IMG/VR virus record: IMGVR_UViG_3300046777_001709
Coordinates: 2,534-66,533 of that record
Strand: one strand, 5' to 3'
Length of the DNA: 64,000 nucleotides
From: a virus
Within the stretch, counting starts at the first letter, position 1. Each line of letters starts with the position of its first letter. Positions 46,414-57,610 of the stretch are shown here, in pieces. The position numbers and the translations under genes were made by a program. The notes beneath the pieces were generated by a model. That model saw only the letters and a list, made by a program, of their open reading frames with translations. It did not search any database and was not told where the DNA came from.

Positions 46414-46967
46414 TACTTTTCTATCATCAATACTAAAATATCATCACTAATAAAATGCTGAACTTTATGTTTAACGAAACATTTAACAATACTTTCGAGA
46501 GTTATTTCACTCCAATCTTCAGCATAATGAGTACCAAATAAGCGATAATCATCAATTAAAATTACTCCAGTGCTTGCAAAATAAAGATTATCAATTGAAA
46601 TACATTCTTCAATCAAAGGACAATCTTTATTACCCTTTGCAGTGTTACCAGAAGACCAATGTCCATCTAACCAAAAAATAACTTTATTTCTTGTTGTTAG
46701 TGTTTTTAAAATTTCTGGTAATACTTTTGCAGTATCTCCAAAATGATTTACAACATTTTGATAATTTTTTTCTTGTTTAACTTTGTCGAAATAATTATAA
46801 TAATGTTCAGATAATTCTATTGTATGAAGTGTTCTGAAATGTGGTTGAAGATTAATAATTGTCTGACCACCAAGAGTTCCAGATTCAATTAGAACATCAT
46901 ATTGACTTATATTTTGTTGAAATTTTTCTAATATACCGTTAACAATATCAATATTGAGAGAAGACAT
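46413..46967 (-). CDS. SAM-dependent methyltransferase-like protein
   Basis: LIESGT..G, TIELS, GDT, FWLDGH, ILIDD. Confidence 0.7.
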   Translation of the reverse strand: MSSLNIDIVNGILEKFQQNISQYDVLIESGTLGGQTIINLQPHFRTLHTIELSEHYYNYFDKVKQEKNYQNVVNHFGDTAKVLPEILKTLTTRNKVIFWLDGHWSSGNTAKGNKDCPLIEECISIDNLYFASTGVILIDDYRLFGTHYAEDWSEITLESIVKCFVKHKVQHFISDDILVLMIEK

Positions 46968-46968
46968 T

Positions 46969-47943
46969 TTAATTAAAAATAAAGTTATTTACAGTCTTTT
47001 GTGGAATTCTTAGTAGATATGCGGCATTATCTTGAAATCCATATGTGATAATAAAATCATTGTTATATTCAGTAAGACCACAACAAAATTCAATTTTTGC
47101 ATCCATAAAAGAAAACTGGGGAGAAATTTTTACAATATTCCAATTCTTATCCCATAATACAAAACGATGGCGATAAGTTCCATCCTTTTTTCCAGCTTCG
47201 CTATTATAGAGAGATGTTTCATGAACTACACACATTCTATATTCACCGAAAGGAATTACCTGCGATCCCCCTCTAAGATCACCACATCCTAAATCTCTCC
47301 AATTACCCAAAAAAACTTGCTTAGATGATTGAGTTTCTGGATCAACCTTGACAACTTCTGTACCATTAGTCCATTTTACATAATAGTAAGGGAGATCTGT
47401 AACTGGCATCCAGTTTTTCTCACAATAGGAATCTTTATCTACAGGAGTTGGAATACGAAACTGTGATACTTCTTTTACAGTAGTATTATCCAACTCCAGT
47501 TCAGAAAGTTCCATACGACCAGTGCCGATATTATCAAGGTCTCTACGTACACCAGAAACGTATAATTTATCATCCCACCTGACAATACGACAATCCTCTA
47601 ATCCAACAAATTCCCACAATTCTTTATCTGGAAAACTTGATGTGTCTATACGAGAATAGTATTTTATTCTCATATTTTCATCCAATTCGCACAGATAATT
47701 CCAAGTGCGAAGATGCATATCATTTTCGGGATGAATATAAACTAAAGGTCCCCAATGATTTTCATATTTATTTTTTTCTGCATGATAAAGTGTATAGTTA
47801 ATATTTCTTAAATTAACAAGAATTTTACCATTATCATTATATACCGAAGGATTGGTAATAGATGGTCCCATCAACTCATTATTAGGAATAATCAATGGAT
47901 GTATAGAACCACCATTATCAATTGCAAATTTTACAAAATTCAT
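46969..47943 (-). CDS. five-bladed beta-propeller glycosidase-like protein (GH130/GH43-like)
   Basis: NPSV, GLEDCRIV, EKNWMP, LRGGS, IEFCCG, YGFQD. Confidence 0.7.
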   Translation of the reverse strand: MNFVKFAIDNGGSIHPLIIPNNELMGPSITNPSVYNDNGKILVNLRNINYTLYHAEKNKYENHWGPLVYIHPENDMHLRTWNYLCELDENMRIKYYSRIDTSSFPDKELWEFVGLEDCRIVRWDDKLYVSGVRRDLDNIGTGRMELSELELDNTTVKEVSQFRIPTPVDKDSYCEKNWMPVTDLPYYYVKWTNGTEVVKVDPETQSSKQVFLGNWRDLGCGDLRGGSQVIPFGEYRMCVVHETSLYNSEAGKKDGTYRHRFVLWDKNWNIVKISPQFSFMDAKIEFCCGLTEYNNDFIITYGFQDNAAYLLRIPQKTVNNFIFN

Positions 47944-47964
47944 AAGATTTTAAATTATTAAATA

Positions 47965-48321
47965 TTAAGAAAGACTTGCAATATGTTCTTGACACATTAC
48001 AATATCAGATTCAATAGACTCAATCTGTTGTTGTACTGTAAGATAATTTCCTGTTCCTTCTTCAAGAGTTGCTAGATGTGTTTGAAGTTGAGCGAGAATT
48101 TCTTGATTATTATCAATTCTTGCTTGATGCTGTTCAATATCCCATTCTACACTATAAGGTGGTGGTGTTGGATGAGTAATAGTTGCCTCGATTTCAAAAG
48201 CACCACCTTTCTCATCAATCATTGCTTGAACTTGTTCGATAGTATAACCAGTATCATTATTAGGATCAGAAGTCAAATAGTAAAGATGATCCAAAGGTAG
48301 TGTTAGTGTTGTAGTTTTCAT
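47965..48321 (-). CDS. hypothetical coiled-coil protein
   Basis: GGAGG RBS before ATG 48321. Confidence 0.65.
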   Translation of the reverse strand: MKTTTLTLPLDHLYYLTSDPNNDTGYTIEQVQAMIDEKGGAFEIEATITHPTPPPYSVEWDIEQHQARIDNNQEILAQLQTHLATLEEGTGNYLTVQQQIESIESDIVMCQEHIASLS

Positions 48322-49349
48322 TAAAATTTCCTCCAAAGTTCTTTTGAAAATTGTACCCAGTCTTGTACTCTGGTTTCCCAACTATAATATTTATTGGATA
48401 TTTCTACTTGTTGAGTACTATCGAATTCACCATTTCTGTATTCGGTAATGGTTCTTTTAAGTTCTCTCGTAAATCTTTCAATATGTTTTTGGCGATCTGG
48501 AATAAAACCATAATGTCTCGCAAACCCAAGACCAGTTTCGGGTAGGGCAGCAAGATTGGAAGAAAGAACAGAGCAACCAGCACACAATGCTTCAATCATA
48601 CAAATACAGGAAGTCTCCATAAAGTAAGTAGGGTAAGCAAAAATATGAGTATTCAACAGTTGCTCACGAATCTTAGAGTTGTTAGTACGTGTGTGACGAA
48701 CAACTCTCTTATCTTCATTTGCAAGTTTCAAACAATAACGAAGAAACTGCTCTTCTTGTGGATTAATATGTGCATATTCGTAGGTTTGAAGACCTTGCTG
48801 ATATTGGTTCTTTCTTTCATCAGGGTCAATTTCGTGAAAAATATGAAGTTCAAAGTCTTCTTCTGGAATGAGTTTAATACTTTCAAGAAGAATATCCAAA
48901 CCACGAATAGGATTTGAATGGAACATCAATTGCAGTTTTCCTTCTGGTTTCTTATGAACTGGGAATGGTTGTGTTGCATTTTTAAGAACAAAACACTTTT
49001 CCATTGGTAGTTGAAGTCGTTCACCAAATCTTTCATACTGCCAATTAGAAACAAAAACATATGCCTTAAAATGCTTTTGAAACTCTTTATCCAGCAGTCT
49101 TTCGATACCCTCTTCCATATGATGAGGGTGTAACCAGACAATATTAGAACTATCGGGAGATAGAGTATTGTCGCCTGGAATAACTGCCCAGTGCCAATCA
49201 GCAAGGTCAGGAGCAGCAGGAAGAACATAATCCTGCCAGGCACGACCCATAATTTCAGTACCTCCTACTCCATCGGGATTAAGAACTGCTTCCAGAAGAG
49301 GAGGCATATTATTGTGTAAGTATTCTGGTTTTGTGACAACTTTTTTCAT
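48321..49349 (-). CDS. GT-B glycosyltransferase (GT4-like)
   Basis: GGTE, FVSNWQ, RGLDILL, ETSCICMIEALCAG. Confidence 0.85.
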   Translation of the reverse strand: MKKVVTKPEYLHNNMPPLLEAVLNPDGVGGTEIMGRAWQDYVLPAAPDLADWHWAVIPGDNTLSPDSSNIVWLHPHHMEEGIERLLDKEFQKHFKAYVFVSNWQYERFGERLQLPMEKCFVLKNATQPFPVHKKPEGKLQLMFHSNPIRGLDILLESIKLIPEEDFELHIFHEIDPDERKNQYQQGLQTYEYAHINPQEEQFLRYCLKLANEDKRVVRHTRTNNSKIREQLLNTHIFAYPTYFMETSCICMIEALCAGCSVLSSNLAALPETGLGFARHYGFIPDRQKHIERFTRELKRTITEYRNGEFDSTQQVEISNKYYSWETRVQDWVQFSKELWRKF

Positions 49350-50188
49350 AGTACCTCTTTCAAAAAGTTTTCCATTGGTGATTTTTTAAAAATTTCTAGT
49401 CCTTTTTCTGTTTGGGCATCTAGTTCTTCTGGTTTTTTAAGAAGTTTATAAACAGTGTCTACAAAACTATTATAAGTTGAAGTGAATACTGTTCCTTCCA
49501 TATAGTCGGGGAAATCTGTATCTGGATTTCTTTCACAAATTACAGGAACTTTATTCTGGATAAGATGAGTGACTCTTACCATCTCAAAGATTTGATTATC
49601 GTGATTATGTAGGTTAATCACAAGTTTTGCTCTTTTAATTAGTTCATCCCTCGCATCACCATAAGTTGATTGAACTGCAACAAAATTGATATTTTTATTA
49701 TTAGCAAACTGTTTCATAATGTACTCTCTGCGAGGAGAGGGGGAAAGATAAGCAAGAATATCAATGTCCCTTTGTTCTGGTTTATTGCGTTCAAAGTATG
49801 AAATCTCTGGAACATAACCAATCTTAAAATGTTTAATATTTTCTACTCCTGCTTTACGAAGAACATCAACATTTCTCATAGAGTAATCCCATACCTCAAG
49901 ACCACGGTACTTACGACACCATCTTATACATTCTGGTTGGTCTCTCATTTGTTCCAAAGAATATATGATTGTATCTTTTGGAATATCGTGTCTTACTACA
50001 TCAACAGGACAATGGTGCATTCCAAAAACAATGTTTCTTCTATCAGTCTTAAAATCATTGACACTATTAGTTACATCATAACCTAATTTTTGTAGTGAAA
50101 AAAATACTGCTGCCTCAATCTCATGAAAGACTTGTGCATGAACATCAAACCCATTATCTGGCACAATGCGAACTAAATTAAACTTCAT
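49346..50188 (-). CDS. GT-B-like glycosyltransferase
   Basis: LEQ, VWDYS, DIDIL, AKLVINLH, FEMVRV..L. Confidence 0.7.
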   Translation of the reverse strand: MKFNLVRIVPDNGFDVHAQVFHEIEAAVFFSLQKLGYDVTNSVNDFKTDRRNIVFGMHHCPVDVVRHDIPKDTIIYSLEQMRDQPECIRWCRKYRGLEVWDYSMRNVDVLRKAGVENIKHFKIGYVPEISYFERNKPEQRDIDILAYLSPSPRREYIMKQFANNKNINFVAVQSTYGDARDELIKRAKLVINLHNHDNQIFEMVRVTHLIQNKVPVICERNPDTDFPDYMEGTVFTSTYNSFVDTVYKLLKKPEELDAQTEKGLEIFKKSPMENFLKEVL

Positions 50189-51612
50189 TTAATAAACTCC
50201 TCAAAGTTTTTATTAATTTCATTAATAATATTAATATCTTTGGATACAACACCTAAACCGTTACAATGCTTAAAATTTGTTTTTGGTAGATTGATTTCAT
50301 TAAAGAATCTATTCACACCAAACTCTGGATTATCTACCATCGTATCATGCATAAGAATTATACCACCTTCTTTTAAAAATGGAGTCCATTTGTCAAAATC
50401 ATTTTTAACTGATACATAATCGTGCATTCCATCAATATGGAGAATATCAATAGGTTTGTTCCAGATTTTTACTACATCATCAAAATATCCTTTAATAAAG
50501 GTAATATTATTTAATTCTAGTTCTTTTTGCTTTTCTAGTACATAATCATAAGTATTTCTTACCCCAGCAAATGGATCTCCTTCAAAACTATCAATCCCAT
50601 AGATATGTCCTTTTTGGGCAAGTGCAAAACAAAATGTAGAATATCCATAATCCACACCTAAATCAACGACTGTTTCTGGTTCTATTCTACGAACTAACCA
50701 ATCAGCAAATCGTCTATGATCTTTCCAATTAAAGTTATTTTGACTTCCAACTTCAATTAGAATATCAAGTTTATTTTTCACATAAGTGGTTTCATTTTTT
50801 TCAACATCTTCACGATACATTTCTGGCGGATAGTATGTAAAATACCTTTCTAATCCTTGATTATCATATTGATGATGACGACGATAATGGAAGCAGTGTT
50901 GTTTTGGAAGACCTGTTGCCATCCAGAGTTCAAAGCAATATCGATAGTTTTGTAATTCTCTCATCATCGCTTCTAAATCCATATACTCTTCAATTTTTAA
51001 TGGATGTTTAAGTTTACGGATATAATCATTTCGTGCCCACCAAAAGTTTCCTGCATAGTGCTGAACCACGAAATCAAGTTTAATGTCGTGCCTTTCTACC
51101 CAATCAACTCCACAACAATCATATCCTTCATCAAGTTTAGCAATACAATCTTCCCACTTTTCGATATTATAGTATTGCATATAGTGACGCCAATCTTTTA
51201 TTGCGCCAGGAATATGAGTTGAATAAGAACTCATTCCTTTATTGTGGAAATAGAAAACATATCCATCATTGTTTAAACAATGCTCATAAATTTTTTCAAG
51301 AGTTTGTCCTTCATAAAAATTTGGTTGTTCTCCCGTATTTCTCATATCAATAATATTTACAAATGGAAATCTATCATTGATATAACCAGTCACCATTTCA
51401 TTATAAGAATGACCAGTTTTAGAATTATACAGACCAAGTGGAAGAGTGATACACATGTTTATGGTTGCCTTATCAGCAAGACCAGTAGATTTTAACAGAC
51501 TCATCTGTTCATCAACCCACCAAATCCACATATTATTTGTATCTGGAATGAATAGATGATAAAAAACAACAATCATTTTGTTCAATTTTTTTTCGTTTTT
51601 GTAATTCAACAT
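50185..51612 (-). CDS. uncharacterised GT-like domain fused to Methyltransf_24-type SAM methyltransferase
   Basis: YFHNKG/HYAGNFWWA domain; VDLGV..G.S, IDILHIDGMHDY, GGIILMHD. Confidence 0.7.
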   Translation of the reverse strand: MLNYKNEKKLNKMIVVFYHLFIPDTNNMWIWWVDEQMSLLKSTGLADKATINMCITLPLGLYNSKTGHSYNEMVTGYINDRFPFVNIIDMRNTGEQPNFYEGQTLEKIYEHCLNNDGYVFYFHNKGMSSYSTHIPGAIKDWRHYMQYYNIEKWEDCIAKLDEGYDCCGVDWVERHDIKLDFVVQHYAGNFWWARNDYIRKLKHPLKIEEYMDLEAMMRELQNYRYCFELWMATGLPKQHCFHYRRHHQYDNQGLERYFTYYPPEMYREDVEKNETTYVKNKLDILIEVGSQNNFNWKDHRRFADWLVRRIEPETVVDLGVDYGYSTFCFALAQKGHIYGIDSFEGDPFAGVRNTYDYVLEKQKELELNNITFIKGYFDDVVKIWNKPIDILHIDGMHDYVSVKNDFDKWTPFLKEGGIILMHDTMVDNPEFGVNRFFNEINLPKTNFKHCNGLGVVSKDINIINEINKNFEEFIK

Positions 51613-52300
51613 ACAATATGACTCTTAACGTGACCAACAATAATATTAGGATCTACAAATACTTTATGACCTTGCTCTGCAACTCTTTCACAAAAGTATA
51701 AATCTTCTCCCAATGGAAGTTCGTAAGTAACACCATCAATTTCTTGAATGACTTTACCAAGGCTAAACCATGGTCTTTTGAGTGATTCAAAAATACCGGA
51801 CTTTACACACATAAACCCAAGACCAACTCCATAAACCTCAAGTGGTTCACCAAGTTGTTGAAGAATTTGTATTTCTTCTCTCTTCATTGGTTTGAAATCA
51901 TCTTTTTGTCGATGAATCATTGCGTCTGCTCCCTGTGCTTCAAAATAAACAGCAGAAATGACACTCTTATCACTGGAATATAACCTTAAAAACTGCTCTG
52001 GATTCCAGAGAATATCACTATCAATCATAAAAAGTTTGTCGTATGTATATTGACCTTTTCCTGGTGAAGAATTAAAAACTTCTAAATTACGACTTCCAGT
52101 AATAGTTGCTTCTCTAGCATTTGTAACCAAGGAAGCATATTCATTTTGGTAAATCCAAGAAATATTATTTGCTTGAAGTGTATGAATAGTTGAGATTAAA
52201 CACTTTACATAATCAGCACACATTGAGTTTCCTGGTGTTGTGATGACTACATTAAAGTGTGGTAATGTTGCTTGTTGAGGTGAATTGTAATAATTTAACA
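51606..52300 (-). CDS. GT-A-like glycosyltransferase
   Basis: FMIDSD, GLGFMCVK, PWF, GEDLYFC, VGH; start probably MLNYY. Confidence 0.7.
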
Positions 52301-52306
52301 TAAAAT

Positions 52307-53029
52307 TTACAGAATAATCATTTTTTGATGACCGACACGAACTTTTGGATGAACCCAAATATCAAAACCATATTTTTTAAAGTCCTGACACATTGAGATA
52401 TCTTCGGAACAAACATCCTCAAGAATTGTTCCGTCAGGTTTTTGAAGTTGAATCACACGAGGAACAAACCAAGGATAAGGTATTTTCTCATAAACACCTT
52501 TTTTAATCAATATCCACCCAAAACCACAATAGTCCACTTTAAATGGTTCTGTTCTTCTTGCCATATCTTCAACAGTCTCATAACGATTTGAACCCTTTTC
52601 ATAAAGTTCTTGGTCGTTCATAGATTCAACAACGGTGGTTTGATTAGAAAGTGCTCCACCATTTGATTGACAATACCAACCAGCAGAAATATCTTTATTC
52701 ATTTTTAGAAGTTCCATCAAGTCTTCTGTCTTGAAGATGATATCACTATCAATCCACATGATATAGTCATAAGGAACTTTTCCCCTAAAAGGAGTCAGCA
52801 TTGTTCCTGCATAATTATCTGCTTGTAAACAATCAGTTCTGGCATGATTCACCATTGAACTGTATTGTTGAGAGATATAAAAATTAATTCCTTGTTGATT
52901 GAGGTCAAATAAAAGTCTTACAAATTGTGTCATAAAGGTTCCAGAATACATTAATCCTGGAAGACAAAATGCGATTGTTTTTCCTTTAAGACTTGTGTTT
53001 GAAGATTGATTTGTATAATTTAACGGCAT
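52307..53029 (-). CDS. GT-A-like glycosyltransferase (paralogue of previous)
   Basis: WIDSD, GFGWILIK, PWF, SEDISMC, VGHQK. Confidence 0.75.
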   Translation of the reverse strand: MPLNYTNQSSNTSLKGKTIAFCLPGLMYSGTFMTQFVRLLFDLNQQGINFYISQQYSSMVNHARTDCLQADNYAGTMLTPFRGKVPYDYIMWIDSDIIFKTEDLMELLKMNKDISAGWYCQSNGGALSNQTTVVESMNDQELYEKGSNRYETVEDMARRTEPFKVDYCGFGWILIKKGVYEKIPYPWFVPRVIQLQKPDGTILEDVCSEDISMCQDFKKYGFDIWVHPKVRVGHQKMIIL

Positions 53030-53074
53030 GTGTGAAAATCATTTTAAAGTCATTCTACCATATGTATGCGTTTT

Positions 53075-55777
53075 TTACCACCAGGTAATTTTTACATATC
53101 CATCTCCACCATTTCCACCAATTCCAAATTTATTTTGTTCTATAGAGTATCCACCGCCGCCGCCGCCACCTCCTCGGGTGCCGTTCCCTCCATTTCCTGC
53201 TACTGATGCGATTGTTGAGATTGCAGTAAGTATAGTACCACTAGCACCACCAGCAACATAAGTATTATTTCCAAAAGTAAGTTCTGTTAAACTACTAGAC
53301 GAACCAGTTGTTCTTGCAGTCCAAACAATAGCATTTGTTGATGTGGTTAATCCCCCAGTATTGGCGCAGATAACATAAGTAGCATTTCCAAATGTTAAGG
53401 CATTGTTAGTTGATAATCCAGAAGTTCTTAAAGACCAGTTAATTGCATCTGTTGATGCAGATATATATGCACCACCACCAAGGAAATAAGTATTATTCGC
53501 AAAAAGAGATGCAGCAATACCAGCAGTAGTACCAGCAGTTCTTAAAGTCCAAACAATAGCATCTGTTGAAGTGGAAATAATTCCATTATTAGCGGCAACA
53601 ATATAAATACCGTTTCCAAAACTACTCGTACTAATAGTATTAGTACCTGCAATCCCAGAAGTTCTTATAGTCCAGTTAATTGTATCTGTTGATGATCTTA
53701 TTGTTGCTTGAGTACCAGAAACAACATAAGTACTGTTGCCAAACATGAGCGCATTAGCAGTACTTGCGCCAAGACTAGAAGTTCTTAAAGTCCAGTTAAT
53801 TGCATCTGTTGAGGTACCTAAAGATCCACTATTACCAGCAGCAACATAAGTACTGTTTGCAAAGATGAGTGCATTAAATTGTGAAATATTACCAGAAGTT
53901 CTTATAGTCCAATTTATTGCATCTGTTGAGGTACTTAATACACTAGAAGCACCAGTAGCAACATAAGTATTATTTCCAAAAGTAAGAGCACTAACAGCAT
54001 TAGTAGCAAAACCAGCAGTTCTTGTATACCAACTATTTAAACCGGTACTCAAAGCACCTCCGCCACCTCCACCAGAACCATAAGAACCAGTATAAGATCC
54101 AGGAATACCATCACCACCATTTCCACCAGTTTCACTTCCACCATTTGTATAAGTATTTCCATAATAATAAGTAGTCGCACTACCCCCAGGCCTAGTATTC
54201 ATTGCACCACTTCCGCCACCAGTCACTTGGAATCTGTTTGCTTGTGTTGAGTCATTTGAACCAAAACCAGAAGAAAATCCATTACCACCAGCAAGACCAG
54301 CAGAAGTTAAAAGAGGATTGAGTGTGACTGATGCTGCGGGAGCGGCGGTTCCTGATGTAATTGCATTATCACTTGCACCACCACCAGAAGAAGAAGATAA
54401 TGTATAAGTTGCAGTACCTGTTGGAGTGTTTCCAGTCCAAGTGACCGTTGTAGAACCACCAGAAGAACCACCACCAGAAGAATAACCACCAGCAACAAAG
54501 GTGGTTCCATAGGTTAAAGCAAGAATGCCTTGTCCTTGGAAAAGTGAAGTTCTTGAAGTCCAAACAATTGCATTTGTTGAGGTATTTAAGATTCCAGTAT
54601 TACTAGAAGCAACATAAGTACTGTTTGCGAAGATGAGTGCATTAATATTACTAACACCAAAACCAGAAGTTCTTAAAGTCCAATGAATTGTATCTGTTGA
54701 GGTATTTAAGATTCCACTTTGACCAGCAGCAAAATAATTATTGTTCGCAAAGGTGAGTGTACTAATATTATTAGTACCAAAATTAGCAGTTCTTAAAGTC
54801 CAAACAATTGCATCTGTTGATGAACTTAAGAGTCCATTACCACCACTAACGACATAAGTACTGTTTCCGAAAGTGAGTGCATAAATTAAATTAGTAGAAA
54901 AACCAGAAGTTCTTAAAGTCCAAGTGATTGCATCTGTTGAAGTATTTAAGACTCCAAAATTACCACCAGCAATATAAGTATTATTTGCAAAGGTTAGTGC
55001 ATTAATATTAGAAGTAGTACCAGCAGTTCTTAAAGTCCAAACAATTGCATTAGTTGAAGTATTTAATCTCCCACCATTAGCGCCAGCAACATAAGTACTG
55101 TTTCCAAAGGTGAGCGCAAGAATAATATTAGTACCAAAACCAGGAGTTCTTGAAGTCCAAGTGATTGCATCTATTGAGGTACTTAAGACTCCACCAGAAC
55201 CAGCAGCAACATAAAGACTGTTTGCAAAGATGAGTGAGTAAATGATACTAGTAAAAAACTGACTATTTTGTTGTATCCAATTAATACCATCAGTACTGAT
55301 ACTCATACCACGATTGTTTCCACCAAGACCACCAGCACCAGGTGTCACAGTCATCGTAGAAGCATTTCCAAGTTCTCCACGACGAATCAACCAGGCATTA
55401 TAAGCACCTCCACCTCCTCCACCACCAGAACCGATTGTTCCTACGGGTCGTCCTGATGCTCCACCACCTCCAGCACCGATTGCTTCAATATAAAACTGTG
55501 TTGCTGTTGGGGGAATAAAAAATGTTTGTGATACTGGTGTTGTAAACTCTTGAAAACCTTTATATGTTACTGGATCTGTTGATGAGGTTGTTGAAGAGTT
55601 TATGGGTTCCCAGGTTTTTTGATCTGCTTGGACTGCTAAAAATTTTCCAGCATTTCCAGTTGTACTTGGAAGTGTATTATTATCAATATATTGATCAACA
55701 TACTGTCGGTTTACTGCATCAGTTGCATTAGATACTACACTTACACCAGTAACTTTATTGCTGTCTAATGTCGCCAT
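53075..55777 (-). CDS. glycine-rich virion protein with two Asp-box beta-propeller arrays
   Basis: ~40-aa repeat STSTDAIxWTLRTS...ALTFGNxTYVA; ends GDGYVKITWW. Confidence 0.75.
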   Translation of the reverse strand: MATLDSNKVTGVSVVSNATDAVNRQYVDQYIDNNTLPSTTGNAGKFLAVQADQKTWEPINSSTTSSTDPVTYKGFQEFTTPVSQTFFIPPTATQFYIEAIGAGGGGASGRPVGTIGSGGGGGGGAYNAWLIRRGELGNASTMTVTPGAGGLGGNNRGMSISTDGINWIQQNSQFFTSIIYSLIFANSLYVAAGSGGVLSTSIDAITWTSRTPGFGTNIILALTFGNSTYVAGANGGRLNTSTNAIVWTLRTAGTTSNINALTFANNTYIAGGNFGVLNTSTDAITWTLRTSGFSTNLIYALTFGNSTYVVSGGNGLLSSSTDAIVWTLRTANFGTNNISTLTFANNNYFAAGQSGILNTSTDTIHWTLRTSGFGVSNINALIFANSTYVASSNTGILNTSTNAIVWTSRTSLFQGQGILALTYGTTFVAGGYSSGGGSSGGSTTVTWTGNTPTGTATYTLSSSSGGGASDNAITSGTAAPAASVTLNPLLTSAGLAGGNGFSSGFGSNDSTQANRFQVTGGGSGAMNTRPGGSATTYYYGNTYTNGGSETGGNGGDGIPGSYTGSYGSGGGGGGALSTGLNSWYTRTAGFATNAVSALTFGNNTYVATGASSVLSTSTDAINWTIRTSGNISQFNALIFANSTYVAAGNSGSLGTSTDAINWTLRTSSLGASTANALMFGNSTYVVSGTQATIRSSTDTINWTIRTSGIAGTNTISTSSFGNGIYIVAANNGIISTSTDAIVWTLRTAGTTAGIAASLFANNTYFLGGGAYISASTDAINWSLRTSGLSTNNALTFGNATYVICANTGGLTTSTNAIVWTARTTGSSSSLTELTFGNNTYVAGGASGTILTAISTIASVAGNGGNGTRGGGGGGGGYSIEQNKFGIGGNGGDGYVKITWW

Positions 55778-55806
55778 TTACTTCTATTCTCCGTAATGGT
55801 ATTTAT

Positions 55807-57597
55807 TTACCACCAAGTAATTTTAACATAACCATTTCCACCATTACCCCCATTACCAAAAGAAGATCCATTGGTTGCTCCACCACCTCCACCACCTCCA
55901 CGAACTCCATTACCACCGTTTGCTGCAATAGAAACACTTGCTCCACCTCCACCTCCACCATAACCATAAGGAAGTCCAGAGATTGCTACTGCATTTGTTC
56001 CGTTAGTTCCTGATGAAGTTCCCCCAGATGCTGATGTGGTAATTCCATAAACATTAATTGAACCTCCAGAACCACCAGCACTTGAAGTAGAACCAGCACC
56101 ACTTCCACCACCTGTTGGTTGGAATTGATTGGTTTGTGCTGTTGCAGTGATACCCGCACCAATTGCAGATTCATTTCCACCATAAAGACCTGCAGTGGTA
56201 TAAAAAGAACTTGATTGACTTGTAAGTTGTGCTGCTCCTGGTGCTATTACTGAACCACCAGATGCCGTAATTGTATAAGTTCCTCCAGGACCAGACCAAG
56301 ATACTATAGTTTCTGTTCCTGCAGAACCTGTTGCTGCATCTGTAGTTCCTCCTACTCCACCAACACCAGGATTGACTGTGATGTTTGAGGTTACAATTGA
56401 CTTTGGAATGTACCAAGAAGTATAAGAACCTGATGCTCCTCCTTGTCCTGATACTTGTGAGTATGAGGTAGTTAATCTCCCACTAGCACCACCAGCAACA
56501 TAAGTATTATTACCAAAAGTAAGAGCACTAATAGTATTAGTACCAAAACCAGAAGTTCTTAAGGTCCAAGCAATTGTGTTGGTTGATGTATTTAAGACTC
56601 CCAAATAACCACCAGCAACATAAGTATTACCACCATAGGTAATAGCATCAATATCACTAGTAAACCCAGAAGTTCTTAAAGTCCAAACAATTGCGTCTGT
56701 TGAGATACTTAGATATCCATTTTGACCTCCAGCAATGTAAATATTGTTTGCATAAGTAAGAACAAAAATAGAATTAGACCCAAAACCAGAAGTTCTTAAA
56801 GTCCAAGTGATTGCGTCTGTTGAGGTATTTAATTTTCCAGCACCACCAGCAACATAAGTATTATTTCCAAAAGTAAGAGTATTAATATTATTAGCAACAA
56901 TACCAAAACTAGCAGTTCTTAAGGTCCAAGTGATTGCATCTGTTGATGTGTTCAATACTCCACGAGAACCAGCAGCAATATAAAAAGTTGTATAAGTAAG
57001 GGCATTAATATCATCAATAGAAAAACTTGACGTTCTTAAGGTCCAAGTAATTGTGTCTGTTGAAGTGGTTAATCTTCCATTAGTACCACCAGCAAGATAA
57101 GTAGTATCACTATAAGTAAGAGAAAGAATAGCATTAGAACCATGACTTGAAGTTCTTAAGGTCCAAGTGATTGCATCTGCTGATGTATTTAATCTTCCAG
57201 TATTACTAACAGCAATATAAGTATCATTACCAAAAATAAGAGCATTAATATTATCACCAAAACTAGCAGTTCTTATGGTCCAAGTAATTGCTGACTGTGC
57301 TGTGGTTTGTCCGGCACTCCCCCCACCACCAGCACCTACTGCTTCAATATACAAAAGATTTGCATAACTTGGAACATTAAAAGTCTGTTCTCCAGGTGTC
57401 GTAAATTCTTGGTAGTTAGAAACATAATCCCAAGAAAGATTCGTTCCATCAGTTGTTGTAAGAAACTTACCAGTATTTCCAGTTTGCGATGGTAGTTCTT
57501 GAATATTTGCATCTACATAGTTTTTATTAACCACATCAGTCGGTTCAAATATAGATGTAGTAATACCAGAAATAAAATTAGAACCTGCGGTTGTCAT
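55807..57597 (-). CDS. glycine-rich virion protein with one Asp-box beta-propeller array
   Basis: Same N-terminus type (LPSQTGNTGKFL), same repeat, ends GNGYVKITWW. Confidence 0.75.
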   Translation of the reverse strand: MTTAGSNFISGITTSIFEPTDVVNKNYVDANIQELPSQTGNTGKFLTTTDGTNLSWDYVSNYQEFTTPGEQTFNVPSYANLLYIEAVGAGGGGSAGQTTAQSAITWTIRTASFGDNINALIFGNDTYIAVSNTGRLNTSADAITWTLRTSSHGSNAILSLTYSDTTYLAGGTNGRLTTSTDTITWTLRTSSFSIDDINALTYTTFYIAAGSRGVLNTSTDAITWTLRTASFGIVANNINTLTFGNNTYVAGGAGKLNTSTDAITWTLRTSGFGSNSIFVLTYANNIYIAGGQNGYLSISTDAIVWTLRTSGFTSDIDAITYGGNTYVAGGYLGVLNTSTNTIAWTLRTSGFGTNTISALTFGNNTYVAGGASGRLTTSYSQVSGQGGASGSYTSWYIPKSIVTSNITVNPGVGGVGGTTDAATGSAGTETIVSWSGPGGTYTITASGGSVIAPGAAQLTSQSSSFYTTAGLYGGNESAIGAGITATAQTNQFQPTGGGSGAGSTSSAGGSGGSINVYGITTSASGGTSSGTNGTNAVAISGLPYGYGGGGGGASVSIAANGGNGVRGGGGGGGATNGSSFGNGGNGGNGYVKITWW

Positions 57598-57610
57598 TTA
57601 TTTACCCTCC

